Assembly: GCA_964016885.1 (NCBI GenBank)
Contig: OZ024740.1
Coordinates: 81,840,001-81,904,000 of the forward strand
DNA: 64,000 nt
Direction: 5' to 3'
Source of the DNA: Eledone cirrhosa
Lineage: Eukaryota
Shown here: positions 11,301-26,300 of the stretch, piece by piece
Numbering within the stretch: position 1 is the stretch's first letter
Layout of the letters: each line of letters starts with the position of its first letter
Notes under the pieces: generated by a model
Database searches by the model: none
Seen by the model: the letters and a program-made list of their open reading frames with translations, nothing else
What the model was told of the DNA's origin: nothing
Program-made: the position numbers and the translations under genes

Positions 11301-14300
11301 CAGTATACATATGTGGATGTACATTTTTAACTTAATTGTTTAAGCGTCAGTCATACAAAAGTGAGTTGCAAACGAAACGAAATTTAATTTCGTTTCGTTA
11401 TTTGATTTTATCGTCTCCGTTGAACCGGTACGTACTCACGCTCTATGCAAATTAGTCTGCCCACTACTAATTTTCATAGAAAAAGCATATAACGATATGT
11501 GCTTTTACGATTCTCTAGAGAGGCCGGAAGATAGGTAAATATTGCTGATGAGATGTAACAACATCGAAACTAGTTCAATATTCCTTGTCTGGCTTTCTTC
11601 TGGAGAATAGAGGAAAGGTGTTTCCTCAAAAACCAGTATGACTCTAAAAACCGGTTTGTCTGTGTGTTTACATACAGAATAGCTGGACACTCACAGTAAA
11701 GTGACCAGTGAAAAACTCGGTACATCTACATATGTATACGTGTGTGTAATCATATGCATACTAGTATTTCAGTATACATATGTGGATGTACATTTTTAAC
11801 TTAATTGTTTAAGCGTCAGTCATACAAAAGTGAGTTGCAAACGAAACGAAATTTAATTTCGTTTCGTTATTTGTTTTTATCGTCTCCGTTGAACCGGTAC
11901 GTACTCACGCTCTGTGCAAATTAGTCTGCCCACTACTAATTTTCATAGAAAAAGCATATAACGATATGTGCTTTTACGATTCTCTAGAGAGGCCGGAAGA
12001 TAGGTAAATATTGCTGATGAGATGTAACAACATCGAAACTAGTTCAATATTCCTTGTCTGGCTTTCTTCTGGAGAATAGAGGAAAGGTGTTTCCTCAAAA
12101 ACCAGTATGACTCTAAAAACCGGTTTGTCTGTGTGTTTACATACAGAATAGCTGGACACTCACAGTAAAGTGACCAGTGAAAAACTCGGTACATCTACAT
12201 ATGTATACGTGTGTGTAATCATATGCATACTAGTATTTCAGTATACATATGTGGATGTACATTTTTAACTTAATTGTTTAAGCGTCAGTCATACAAAAGT
12301 GAGTTGCAAACGAAACGAAATTTAATTTCGTTTCGTTATTTGTTTTTATCGTCTCCGTTGAACCGGTACGTACTCACGCTCTATGCAAATTAGTCTGCCC
12401 ACTACTAATTTTCATAGAAAAAGCATATAACGATATGTGCTTTTACGATTCTCTAGAGAGGCCGGAAGATAGGTAAATATTGCTGATGAGATGTAACAAC
12501 ATCGAAACTAGTTCAATATTCCTTGTCTGGCTTTCTGTATAATAGAGGAAAGGTGTTTCCTCAAAAACCAGTATGACTCTAAAAACCGGTTTGTCTGTGT
12601 GTTTACATACAGAATAACTGGACACTCACAGTAAAGTGACCAGTGAAAAACTCGGTACATCTACATATGTATACGTGTGTGTAATCATATGCATACTAGT
12701 ATTTCAGTATACATATGTGGATGTACATTTTTAACTTAATTGTTTAAGCGTCAGTCATACAAAAGTGAGTTGCAAACGAAACGAAATTTAATTTCGTTTC
12801 GTTATTTGTTTTTATCGTCTCCGTTGAACCGGTACGTACTCACGCTCTATGCAAATTAGTCTGCCCACTACTAATTTTCATAGAAAAAGCATATAACGAT
12901 ATGTGCTTTTACGATTCTCTAGAGAGGCCGGAAGATAGGTAAATATTGCTGATGAGATGCAACAACATCGAAACTAGTTCAATATTCCTTGTCTGGCTTT
13001 CTGTAGAATAGAGGAAAGGTGTTTCCTCAAAAACCAGTATGACTCTAAAAACCGGTTTGTCTGTGTGTTTACATACAGAATAGCTGGACACTCACAGTAA
13101 AGTGACCAGTGAAAAACTCGGTACATCTACATATGTATACGTGTGTGTAATCATATGCATACTAGTATTTCAGTATACATATGTGGATGTACATTTTTAA
13201 CTTAATTGTTTAAGCGTCAGTCATACAAAAGTGAGTTGCAAACGAAACGAAATTTAATTTCGTTTCGTTATTTGTTTTTATCGTCTCCGTTGAACCGGTA
13301 CGTACTCACGCTCTATGCAAATTAGTCTGCCCACTACTAATTTTCATAGAAAAAGCATATAACGATATGTGCTTTTACGATTCTCTAGAGAGGCCGGAAG
13401 ATAGGTAAATATTGCTGATGAGATGTAACAACATCGAAACTAGTTCAATATTCCTTGTCTGGCTTTCTGGAGAATAGAGGAAAGGTGTTTCCTAAAAAAC
13501 CAGTATGACTCTAAAAACCGGTTTGTCTGTGTGTTTACATACAGAATAGCTGGACACTCACAGTAAAGTGACCAGTGAAAAACTCGGTACATCTACATAT
13601 GTATACGTGTGTGTAATCATATGCATACTAGTATTTCAGTATATATATGTGGATGTACATTTTTAACTTAATTGTTTAAGCGTCAGTCATACAAAAGTGA
13701 GTTGCAAACGAAACGAAATTTAATTTCGTTTCGTTATTTGTTTTTATCGTCTCCGTTGAACCGGTACGTACTCACGCTCTATGCAAATTAGTCTGCCCAC
13801 TACTAATTTTCATAGAAAAAGCATATAACGATATGTGCTTTTACGATTCTCTAGAGAGGCCGGAAGATAGGTAAATATTGCTGATGAGATGTAAAAACAT
13901 CGAAACTAGTTCAATATTCCTTGTCTGGCTTTCTGTAGAATAGAGGAAAGGTGTTTCCTCAAAAACCAGTATGACTCTAAAAACCGGTTTGTCTGTGTGT
14001 TTACATACAGAATAGCTGGACACTCACAGTAAAGTGACCAGTGAAAAACTCGGTACATCTACATATGTATACGTGTGTGTAATCATATGCATACTAGTAT
14101 TTCAGTATACATATGTGGATGTACATTTTTAACTTAATTGTTTAAGCGTCAGTCATACAAAAGTGAGTTGGAAACGAAACGAAATTCAATTTCGTTTCGT
14201 TATTTGTTTTTATCGTCTCCGTTGAACCGGTACGTACTCACGCTCTATGCAAATTAGTCTGCCCACTACTAATTTTCATAGAAAAAGCATATAACGATAT

Positions 14301-17300
14301 GTGCTTTTACGATTCTCTAAAGAGGCCGGAAGATAGGTAAATATTGCTGATGAGATGTAACAACATCGAAACTAGTTCAATATTCCTTGTCTGGCTTTCT
14401 TCTGGAGAATAGAGGAAAGGTGTTTCCTCAAAAACCAGTATGACTCTAAAAACCGGTTTGTCTGTGTGTTTACATACAGAATAGCTGGACACTCACAGTA
14501 AAGTGACCAGTGAAAAACTCGGTACATCTACATATGTATACGTGTGTGTAATCATATGCATACTAGTATTTCAGTATACATATGTGGATGTACATTTTTA
14601 ACTTAATTGTTTAAGCGTCAGTCATACAAAAGTGAGTTGCAAACGAAACGAAATTTAATTTCGTTTCGTTATTTGTTTTTATCGTCTCCGTTGAACCGGT
14701 ACGTACTCACGCTCTATGCAAATTAGTCTGCCCACTACTAATTTTCATAGAAAAAGCATATAACGATATGTGCTTTTACGATTCTCTAGAGAGGCCGGAA
14801 GATAGGTAAATATTGCTGATGAGATGTTACAACATCGAAACTAGTTCAATATTCCTTGTCTGGCTTCTGGAGAATAGAGGAAAGGTGTTTCCTCAAAAAC
14901 CAGTATGACTCTAAAAACCGGTTTGTCTGTGTGTTTACATACAGAATAGCTGGACACTCACAGTAAAGTGACCAGTGAAAAACTCGGTACATCTACATAT
15001 GTATACGTGTGTGTAATCATATGCATACTAGTATTTCAGTATACATATGTGGATGTACATTTTTAACTTAATTGTTTAAGCGTCAGTCATACAAAAGTGA
15101 GTTGCAAACGAAACGAAATTTAATTTCGTTTCGTTATTTGTTTTTATCGTCTCCGTTGAACCGGTACCTACTCACGCTCTATGCAAATTAGTCTGCCCAC
15201 TACTAATTTTCATAGAAAAAGCATATAACGATATGTGCTTTTACGATTCTCTAGAGAGGCCGGAAGATAGGTAAATATTGCTGATGAGATGTAACAACAT
15301 CGAAACTAGTTCAATATTCCTTGTCTGGCTTTCTGGAGAATAGAGGAAAGGTGTTTCCTCAAAAACCAGTATGACTCTAAAAACCGGTTTGTCTGTGTGT
15401 TTACATACAGAATAGCTGGACACTCACAGTAAAGTGACCAGTGAAAAACTCGGTACATCTACATATGTATACGTGTGTGTAATCATATGCATACTAGTAT
15501 TTCAGTATACATATGTGGATGTACATTTTTAACTTAATTGTTTAAGCGTCAGTCATACAAAAGTGAGTTGCAAACGAAACGAAATTTAATTTCGTTTCGT
15601 TATTTGTTTTTATCGTCTCCGTTGAACCGGTACGTACTCACGCTCTATGCAAATTAGTCTGCCCACTACTAATTTTCATAGAAAAAGCATATAACGATAT
15701 GTGCTTTTAAGATTCTCTAGAGAGGCCGGAAGATAGGTAAATATTGCTGATGAGATGTAACAACATCGAAACTAGTTCAATATTCCTTGTCTGGCTTTCT
15801 GGAGAATAGAGGAAAGGTGTTTCCTAAAAAACCAGTATGACTCTAAAAACCGGTTTGTCTGTGTGTTTACATACAGAATAGCTGGACACTCACAGTAAAG
15901 TGACCAGTGAAAAACTCGGTACATCTACATATGTATACGTGTGTGTAATCATATGCATACTAGTATTTCAGTATACATATGTGGATGTACATTTTTAACT
16001 TAATTGTTTAAGCGTCAGTCATACAAAAGTGAGTTGCAAACGAAATGAAATTTAATTTCGTTTCGTTATTTGTTTTTATCGTCTCCGTTGAACCGGTACG
16101 TACTCACGCTCTATGCAAATTAGTCTGCCCACTACTAATTTTCATAGAAAAAGCATATAACGATATGTGCTTTTACGATTCTCTAGAGAGGCCGGAAGAT
16201 AGGTAAATACTGCTGATGAGATGTAACAACATCGAAACTAGTTCAATATTCCTTGTCTGGCTTTCTGGAGAATAGAGGAAAGGTGTTTCCTCAAAAACCA
16301 GTATGACTCTAAAAACCGGTTTGTCTGTGTGTTTACATACATAATAGCTGGACACTCACAGTAAAGTGACCAGTGAAAAACTCGGTACATCTACATATGT
16401 ATACGTGTGTGTAATCATATGCATACTAGTATTTCAGTATACATATGTGGATGTACATTTTTAACTTAATTGTTTAAGCGTCAGTCATACAAAAGTGAGT
16501 TGCAAACGAAACGAAATTTAATTTCGTTTCGTTATTTGTTTTTATCGTCTCCGTTGAACCGGTACGTACTCACGCTCTATGCAAATTAGTCTGCCCACTA
16601 CTAATTTTCATAGAAAAAGCATATAACGATATGTGCTTTTACGATTCTCTAGAGAGGCCGGAAGATAGGTAAATATTGCTGATGAGATGTAACAACATCG
16701 AAACTAGTTCAATATTCCTTGTCTGGCTTTCTGGAGAATAGAGGAAAGGTGTTTCCTCAAAAACCAGTATGACTCTAAAAACCGGTTTGTCTGTGTGTTT
16801 ACATACAGAATAGCTGGACACTCACAGTAAAGTGACCAGTGAAAAACTCGGTACATCTACATATGTATACGTGTGTGTAATCATATGCATACTAGTATTT
16901 CAGTATACATATGTGGATGTACATTTTTAACTTAATTGTTTAAGCGTCAGTCATACAAAAGTGAGTTGCAAACGAAACGAAATTTAATTTCGTTTCGTTA
17001 TTTGTTTTTATCGTCTCCGTTGAACCGGTACGTACTCACGCTCTATGCAAATTAGTCTGCCCACTACTAATTTTCATAGAAAAAGCATATAACGATATGT
17101 GCTTTTACGATTCTCTAGAGAGGCCGGAAGATAGGTAAATATTGCTGATGAGATGTAACAACATCGAAACTAGTTCAATATTCCTTGTCTGGCTTTCTGG
17201 AGAATAGAGGAAAGGTGTTTCCTCAAAAACCAGTATGACTCTAAAAACCGGTTTGTCTGTGTTTACATACAGAATAGCTGGAGACTCACAGTAAAGTGAC

Positions 17301-20300
17301 CAGTGAAAAACTCGGTACATCTACATATGTATACGTGTGTGTAATCATATGCATACTAGTATTTCAGTATACATATGTGGATGTACATTTTTAACTTAAT
17401 TGTTTAAGCGTCAGTCATACAAAAGTGAGTTGCAAACGAAACGAAATTTAATTTCATTTCGTTATTTGTTTTTATCGTCTCCGTTGAACCGGTACGTACT
17501 CACGCTCTATGCAAATTAGTCTGCCCACTACTAATTTTCATAGAAAAAGCATATAACGATATGTGCTTTTACGATTCTCTAGAGAGGCCGGAAGATAGGT
17601 AAATAATGCTGATGAGATGTTACAACATCGAAACTAGTTCAATATTCCTTGTCTGGCTTTCTGGAGAATAGAGGAAAGGTGTTTCCTCAAAAACCAGTAT
17701 GACTCTAAAAACCGGTTTGTCTGTGTGTTTACATACATAATAGCTGGACACTCACAGTAAAGTGACCAGTGAAAAACTCGGTACATCTACATATGTATAC
17801 GTGTGTGTAATCATATGCATACTAGTATTTCAGTATACATATGTGGATGTACATTTTTAACTTAATTGTTTAAGCGTCAGTCATACAAAAGTGAGTTGCA
17901 AACGAAACGAAATTTAATTTCGTTTCGTTATTTGTTTTTATCGTCTCCGTTGAACCGGTACGTACTCACGCTCTATGCAAATTAGTCTGCCCACTACTAA
18001 TTTTCATAGAAAAAGCATATAACGATATGTGCTTTTACGATTCTCTAGAGAGGCCGGAAGATAGGTAAATATTGCTGATGAGATGTAACAACATCGAAAC
18101 TAGTTCAATATTCCTTGTCTGGCTTTCTGGAGAATAGAGGAAAGGTGTTTCCTCAAAAACCAGTATGACTCTAAAAACCGGTTTGTCTGTGTGTTTACAT
18201 ACAGAATAGCTGGACACTCACAGTAAAGTGACCAGTGAAAAACTCGGTACATCTACATATGTATACGTGTGTGTAATCATATGCATACTAGTATTTCAGT
18301 ATACATATGTGGATGTACATTTTTAACTTAATTGTTTAAGCGTCAGTCATACAAAAGTGAGTTGCAAACGAAACGAAATTTAATTTCGTTTCGTTATTTG
18401 TTTTTATCGTCTCCGTTGAACCGGTACGTACTCACGCTCTATGCAAATTAGTCTGCCCACTACTAATTTTCATAGAAAAAGCATATAACGATATGTGCTT
18501 TTACGATTCTCTAGAGAGGCCGGAAGATAGGTAAATATTGCTGATGAGATGTAACAACATCGAAACTAGTTCAATATTCCTTGTCTGGCTTTCTGGAGAA
18601 TAGAGGAAAGGTGTTTCCTCAAAAACCAGTATGACTCTAAAAACCGGTTTGTCTGTGTTTACATACAGAATATCTGGACACTCACAGTAAAGTGACCAGT
18701 GAAAATCTCGGTACATCTACATATGTATACGTGTGTGTAATCATATGCATACTAGTATTTCAGTATACATATGTGGATGTACATTTTTAACTTAATTGTT
18801 TAAGCGTCAGTCATACAAAAGTGAGTTGCAAACGAAACGAAATTTAATTTCGTTTCGTTATTTGTTTTTATCGTCTCCGTTGAACCGGTACGTACTCACG
18901 CTCTATGCAAATTAGTCTGCCCACTACTAATTTTCATAGAAAAAGCATATAACGATATGTGCTTTTACGATTCTCTAGAGAGGCCGGAAGATAGGTAAAT
19001 ATTGCTGATGAGATGTAACAACATCGAAACTAGTTCAATATTCCTTGTCTGGCTTTCTGGAGAATAGAGGAAAGGTGTTTCCTCAAAAACCAGTATGACT
19101 CTAAAAACCGGTTTGTCTGTGTGTTTACATACAGAATAGCTGGACACTCACAGTAAAGTGACCAGTGAAAAACTCGGTACATCTACATATGTATACGTGT
19201 GTGTAATCATATGCATACTAGTATTTCAGTATACATATGTGGATGTACATTTTTAACTTAATTGTTTAAGCGTCAGTCATACAAAAGTGAGTTGCAAACG
19301 AAACGAAATTTAATTTCGTTTCGTTATTTGTTTTTATCGTCTCCGTTGAACCGGTACGTACTCACGCTCTATGCAAATTAGTCTGCCCACTACTAATTTT
19401 CATAGAAAAAGCATATAACGATATGTGCTTTTACGATTCTCTAGAGAGGCCGGAAGATAGGTAAATATTGCTGATGAGATGTAACAACATCGAAACTAGT
19501 TCAATATTCCTTGTCTGGCTTTCTGGAGAATAGAGGAAAGGTGTTTCCTCAAAAACCAGTATGACTCTAAAAACCGGTTTGTCTGTGTGTTTACATACAG
19601 AATAGCTGGACACTCACAGTAAAGTGACCAGTGAAAAACTCGGTACATCTACATATGTATACGTGTGTGTAATCATATGCATACTAGTATTTCAGTATAC
19701 ATATGTGGATGTACATTTTTAACTTAATTGTTTAAGCGTCAGTCATACAAAAGTGAGTTGCAAACGAAACGAAATTTAATTTCGTTTCGTTATTTGTTTT
19801 TATCGTCTCCGTTGAACCGGTACGTACTCACGCTCTATGCAAATTAGTCTGCCCACTACTAATTTTCATAGAAAAAGCATATAACGATATGTGCTTTTAC
19901 AATTCTCTAGAGAGGCCGGAAGATAGGTAAATATTGCTGATGAGATGTTACAACATCGAAACTAGTTCAATATTCCTTGTCTGGCTTCTGGAGAATAGAG
20001 GAAAGGTGTTTCCTCAAAAACCAGTATGACTCTAAAAACCGGTTTGTCTGTGTGTTTACATACAGAATAGCTGGACACTCACAGTAAAGTGACCAGTGAA
20101 AAACTCGGTACATCTACATATGTATACGTGTGTGTAATCATATGCATACTAGTATTTCAGTATACATATGTGGATGTACATTTTTAACTTAATTGTTTAA
20201 GCGTCAGTCATACAAAAGTGAGTTGCAAACGAAACGAAATTTAATTTCGTTTCGTTATTTGTTTTTATCGTCTCCGTTGAACCGGTACGTACTCACGCTC

Positions 20301-23300
20301 TATGCAAATTAGTCTGCCCACTACTAATTTTCATAGAAAAAGCATATAACGATATGTGCTTTTACGATTCTCTAGAGAGGCCGGAAGATAGGTAAATATT
20401 GCTGATGAGATGTAACAACATCGAAACTAGTTCAATATTCCTTGTCTGGCTTTCTGGAGAATAGAGGAAAGGTGTTTCCTCAAAAACCAGTATGACTCTA
20501 AAAACCGGTTTGTCTGTGTTTACATACAGAATAGCTGGAGACTCACAGTAAAGTGACCAGTGAAAAACTCGGTACATCTACATATGTATACGTGTGTGTA
20601 ATCATATGCATACTAGTATTTCAGTATACATATGTGGATGTACATTTTTAACTTAATTGTTTAAGCGTCAGTCATACAAAAGTGAGTTGCAAACGAAACG
20701 AAATTTAATTTCGTTTCGTTATTTGTTTTTATCGTCTCCGTTGAACCGGTACGTACTCACGCTCTATGCAAATTAGTCTGCCCACTACTAATTTTCATAG
20801 AAAAAGCATATAACGATATGTGCTTTTACGATTCTCTAGAGAGGCCGGAAGATAGGTAAATAATGCTGATGAGATGTTACAACATCGAAACTAGTTCAAT
20901 ATTCCTTGTCTGGCTTTCTGGAGAATAGAGGAAAGGTGTTTCCTCAAAAACCAGTATGACTCTAAAAACCGGTTTGTCTGTGTGTTTACATACATAATAG
21001 CTGGACACTCACAGTAAAGTGACCAGTGAAAAACTCGGTACATCTACATATGTATACGTGTGTGTAATCATATGCATACTAGTATTTCAGTATACATATG
21101 TGGATGTACATTTTTAACTTAATTGTTTAAGCGTCAGTCATACAAAAGTGAGTTGCAAACGAAACGAAATTTAATTTCGTTTCGTTATTTGTTTTTATCG
21201 TCTCCGTTGAACCGGTACGTACTCACGCTCTATGCAAATTAGTCTGCCCACTACTAATTTTCATAGAAAAAGCATATAACGATATGTGCTTTTACGATTC
21301 TCTAGAGAGGCAGGAAGATAGGTAAATATTGCTGATGAGATGTAACAACATCGAAACTAGTTCAATATTCCTTGTCTGGCTTTCTGGAGAATAGAGGAAA
21401 GGTGTTTCCTCAAAAACCAGTATGACTCTAAAAACCGGTTTGTCTGTGTGTTTACATACAGAATAGCTGGACACTCACAGTAAAGTGACCAGTGAAAAAC
21501 TCGGTACATCTACATATGTATACGTGTGTGTAATCATATGCATACTAGTATTTCAGTATACATATGTGGATGTACATTTTTAACTTAATTGTTTAAGCGT
21601 CAGTCATACAAAAGTGAGTTGCAAACGAAACGAAATTTAATTTCGTTTCGTTATTTGTTTTTATCGTCTCCGTTGAACCGGTACGTACTCACGCTCTATG
21701 CAAATTAGTCTGCCCACTACTAATTTTCATAGAAAAAGCATATAACGATATGTGCTTTTACGATTCTCTAGAGAGGCCGGAAGATAGGTAAATATTGCTG
21801 ATGAGATGTAACAACATCGAAACTAGTTCAATATTCCTTGTCTGGCTTTCTGGAGAATAGAGGAAAGGTGTTTCCTCAAAAACCAGTATGACTCTAAAAA
21901 CCGGTTTGTCTGTGTGTTTACATACAGAATAGCTGGACACTCACAGTAAAGTGACCAGTGAAAAACTCGGTACATCTACATATGTATACGTGTGTGTAAT
22001 CATATGCATACTAGTATTTCAGTATACATATGTGGATGTACATTTTTAACTTAATTGTTTAAGCGTCAGTCATACAAAAGTGAGTTGCAAACGAAACGAA
22101 ATTTAATTTCGTTTCGTTATTTGTTTTTATCGTCTCCGTTGAACCGGTACGTACTCACGCTCTATGCAAATTAGTCTGCCCACTACTAATTTTCATAGAA
22201 AAAGCATATAACGATATGTGCTTTTACGATTCTCTAGAGAGGCCGGAAGATAGGTAAATATTGCTGATGAGATGTAACAACATCGAAACTAGTTCAATAT
22301 TCCTTGTCTGGCTTTCTGGAGAATAGAGGAAAGGTGTTTCCTCAAAAACCAGTATGACTCTAAAAACCGGTTTGTCTGTGTTTACATACAGAATATCTGG
22401 ACACTCACAGTAAAGTGACCAGTGAAAATCTCGGTACATCTACATATGTATACGTGTGTGTAATCATATGCATACTAGTATTTCAGTATACATATGTGGA
22501 TGTACATTTTTAACTTAATTGTTTAAGCGTCAGTCATACAAAAGTGAGTTGCAAACGAAACGAAATTTAATTTCGTTTCGTTATTTGTTTTTATCGTCTC
22601 CGTTGAACCGGTACGTACTCACGCTCTATGCAAATTAGTCTGCCCACTACTAATTTTCATAGAAAAAGCATATAACGATATGTGCTTTTACGATTCTCTA
22701 GAGAGGCCGGAAGATAGGTAAATATTGCTGATGAGATGTAACAACATCGAAACTAGTTCAATATTCCTTGTCTGGCTTTCTGGAGAATAGAGGAAAGGTG
22801 TTTCCTCAAAAACCAGTATGACTCTAAAAACCGGTTTGTCTGTGTGTTTACATACAGAATAGCTGGACACTCACAGTAAAGTGACCAGTGAAAAACTCGG
22901 TACATCTACATATGTATACGTGTGTGTAATCATATGCATACTAGTATTTCAGTATACATATGTGGATGTACATTTTTAACTTAATTGTTTAAGCGTCAGT
23001 CATACAAAAGTGAGTTGCAAACGAAACGAAATTTAATTTCGTTTCGTTATTTGTTTTTATCGTCTCCGTTGAACCGGTACGTACTCACGCTCTATGCAAA
23101 TTAGTCTGCCCACTACTAATTTTCATAGAAAAAGCATATAACGATATGTGCTTTTACGATTCTCTAGAGAGGCCGGAAGATAGGTAAATATTGCTGATGA
23201 GATGTAACAACATCGAAACTAGTTCAATATTCCTTGTCTGGCTTTCTGGAGAATAGAGGAAAGGTGTTTCCTCAAAAACCAGTATGACTCTAAAAACCGG

Positions 23301-26300
23301 TTTGTCTGTGTGTTTACATACAGAATAGCTGGACACTCACAGTAAAGTGACCAGTGAAAAACTCGGTACATCTACATATGTATACGTGTGTGTAATCATA
23401 TGCATACTAGTATTTCAGTATACATATGTGGATGTACATTTTTAACTTAATTGTTTAAGCGTCAGTCATACAAAAGTGAGTTGCAAACGAAACGAAATTT
23501 AATTTCGTTTCGTTATTTGTTTTTATCGTCTCCGTTGAACCGGTACGTACTCACGCTCTATGCAAATTAGTCTGCCCACTACTAATTTTCATAGAAAAAG
23601 CATATAACGATATGTGCTTTTACGATTCTCTAGAGAGGCCGGAAGATAGGTAAATATTGCTGATGAGATGTTACAACATCGAAACTAGTTCAATATTCCT
23701 TGTCTGGCTTCTGGAGAATAGAGGAAAGGTGTTTCCTCAAAAACCAGTATGACTCTAAAAACCGGTTTGTCTGTGTGTTTACATACAGAATAGCTGGACA
23801 CTCACAGTAAAGTGACCAGTGAAAAACTCGGTACATCTACATATGTATACGTGTGTGTAATCATATGCATACTAGTATTTCAGTATACATATGTGGATGT
23901 ACATTTTTAACTTAATTGTTTAAGCGTCAGTCATACAAAAGTGAGTTGCAAACGAAACGAAATTTAATTTCGTTTCGTTATTTGTTTTTATCGTCTCCGT
24001 TGAACCGGTACCTACTCACGCTCTATGCAAATTAGTCTGCCCACTACTAATTTTCATAGAAAAAGCATATAACGATATGTGCTTTTACGATTCTCTAGAG
24101 AGGCCGGAAGATAGGTAAATATTGCTGATGAGATGTAACAACATCGAAACTAGTTCAATATTCCTTGTCTGGCTTTCTGGAGAATAGAGGAAAGGTGTTT
24201 CCTCAAAAACCAGTATGACTCTAAAAACCGGTTTGTCTGTGTGTTTACATACAGAATAGCTGGACACTCACAGTAAAGTGACCAGTGAAAAACTCGGTAC
24301 ATCTACATATGTATACGTGTGTGTAATCATATGCATACTAGTATTTCAGTATACATATGTGGATGTACATTTTTAACTTAATTGTTTAAGCGTCAGTCAT
24401 ACAAAAGTGAGTTGCAAACGAAACGAAATTTAATTTCGTTTCGTTATTTGTTTTTATCGTCTCCGTTGAACCGGTACGTACTCACGCTCTATGCAAATTA
24501 GTCTGCCCACTACTAATTTTCATAGAAAAAGCATATAACGATATGTGCTTTTACGATTCTCTAGAGAGGCCGGAAGATAGGTAAATATTGCTGATGAGAT
24601 GTAACAACATCGAAACTAGTTCAATATTCCTTGTCTGGCTTTCTGGAGAATAGAGGAAAGGTGTTTCCTCAAAAACCAGTATGACTCTAAAAACCGGTTT
24701 GTCTGTGTTTACATACAGAATAGCTGGAGACTCACAGTAAAGTGACCAGTGAAAAACTCGGTACATCTACATATGTATACGTGTGTGTAATCATATGCAT
24801 ACTAGTATTTCAGTATACATATGTGGATGTACATTTTTAACTTAATTGTTTAAGCGTCAGTCATACAAAAGTGAGTTGCAAACGAAACGAAATTTAATTT
24901 CGTTTCGTTATTTGTTTTTATCGTCTCCGTTGAACCGGTACGTACTCACGCTCTATGCAAATTAGTCTGCCCACTACTAATTTTCATAGAAAAAGCATAT
25001 AACGATATGTGCTTTTACGATTCTCTAGAGAGGCCGGAAGATAGGTAAATAATGCTGATGAGATGTTACAACATCGAAACTAGTTCAATATTCCTTGTCT
25101 GGCTTTCTGGAGAATAGAGGAAAGGTGTTTCCTCAAAAACCAGTATGACTCTAAAAACCGGTTTGTCTGTGTGTTTACATACAGAATAGCTGGACACTCA
25201 CAGTAAAGTGACCAGTGAAAAACTCGGTACATCTACATATGTATACGTGTGTGTAATCATATGCATACTAGTATTTCAGTATACATATGTGGATGTACAT
25301 TTTTAACTTAATTGTTTAAGCGTCAGTCATACAAAAGTGAGTTGCAAACGAAACGAAATTTAATTTCGTTTCGTTATTTGTTTTTATCGTCTCCGTTGAA
25401 CCGGTACGTACTCACGCTCTATGCAAATTAGTCTGCCCACTACTAATTTTCATAGAAAAAGCATATAACGATATGTGCTTTTACGATTCTCTAGAGAGGC
25501 CGGAAGATAGGTAAATATTGCTGATGAGATGTTACAACATCGAAACTAGTTCAATATTCCTTGTCTGGCTTCTGGAGAATAGAGGAAAGGTGTTTCCTCA
25601 AAAACCAGTATGACTCTAAAAACCGGTTTGTCTGTGTGTTTACATACAGAATAGCTGGACACTCACAGTAAAGTGACCAGTGAAAAACTCGGTACATCTA
25701 CATATGTATACGTGTGTGTAATCATATGCATACTAGTATTTCAGTATACATATGTGGATGTACATTTTTAACTTAATTGTTTAAGCGTCAGTCATACAAA
25801 AGTGAGTTGCAAACGAAACGAAATTTAATTTCGTTTCGTTATTTGTTTTTATCGTCTCCGTTGAACCGGTACCTACTCACGCTCTATGCAAATTAGTCTG
25901 CCCACTACTAATTTTCATAGAAAAAGCATATAACGATATGTGCTTTTACGATTCTCTAGAGAGGCCGGAAGATAGGTAAATATTGCTGATGAGATGTAAC
26001 AACATCGAAACTAGTTCAATATTCCTTGTCTGGCTTTCTGGAGAATAGAGGAAAGGTGTTTCCTCAAAAACCAGTATGACTCTAAAAACCGGTTTGTCTG
26101 TGTGTTTACATACAGAATAGCTGGACACTCACAGTAAAGTGACCAGTGAAAAACTCGGTACATCTACATATGTATACGTGTGTGTAATCATATGCATACT
26201 AGTATTTCAGTATACATATGTGGATGTACATTTTTAACTTAATTGTTTAAGCGTCAGTCATACAAAAGTGAGTTGCAAACGAAACGAAATTTAATTTCGT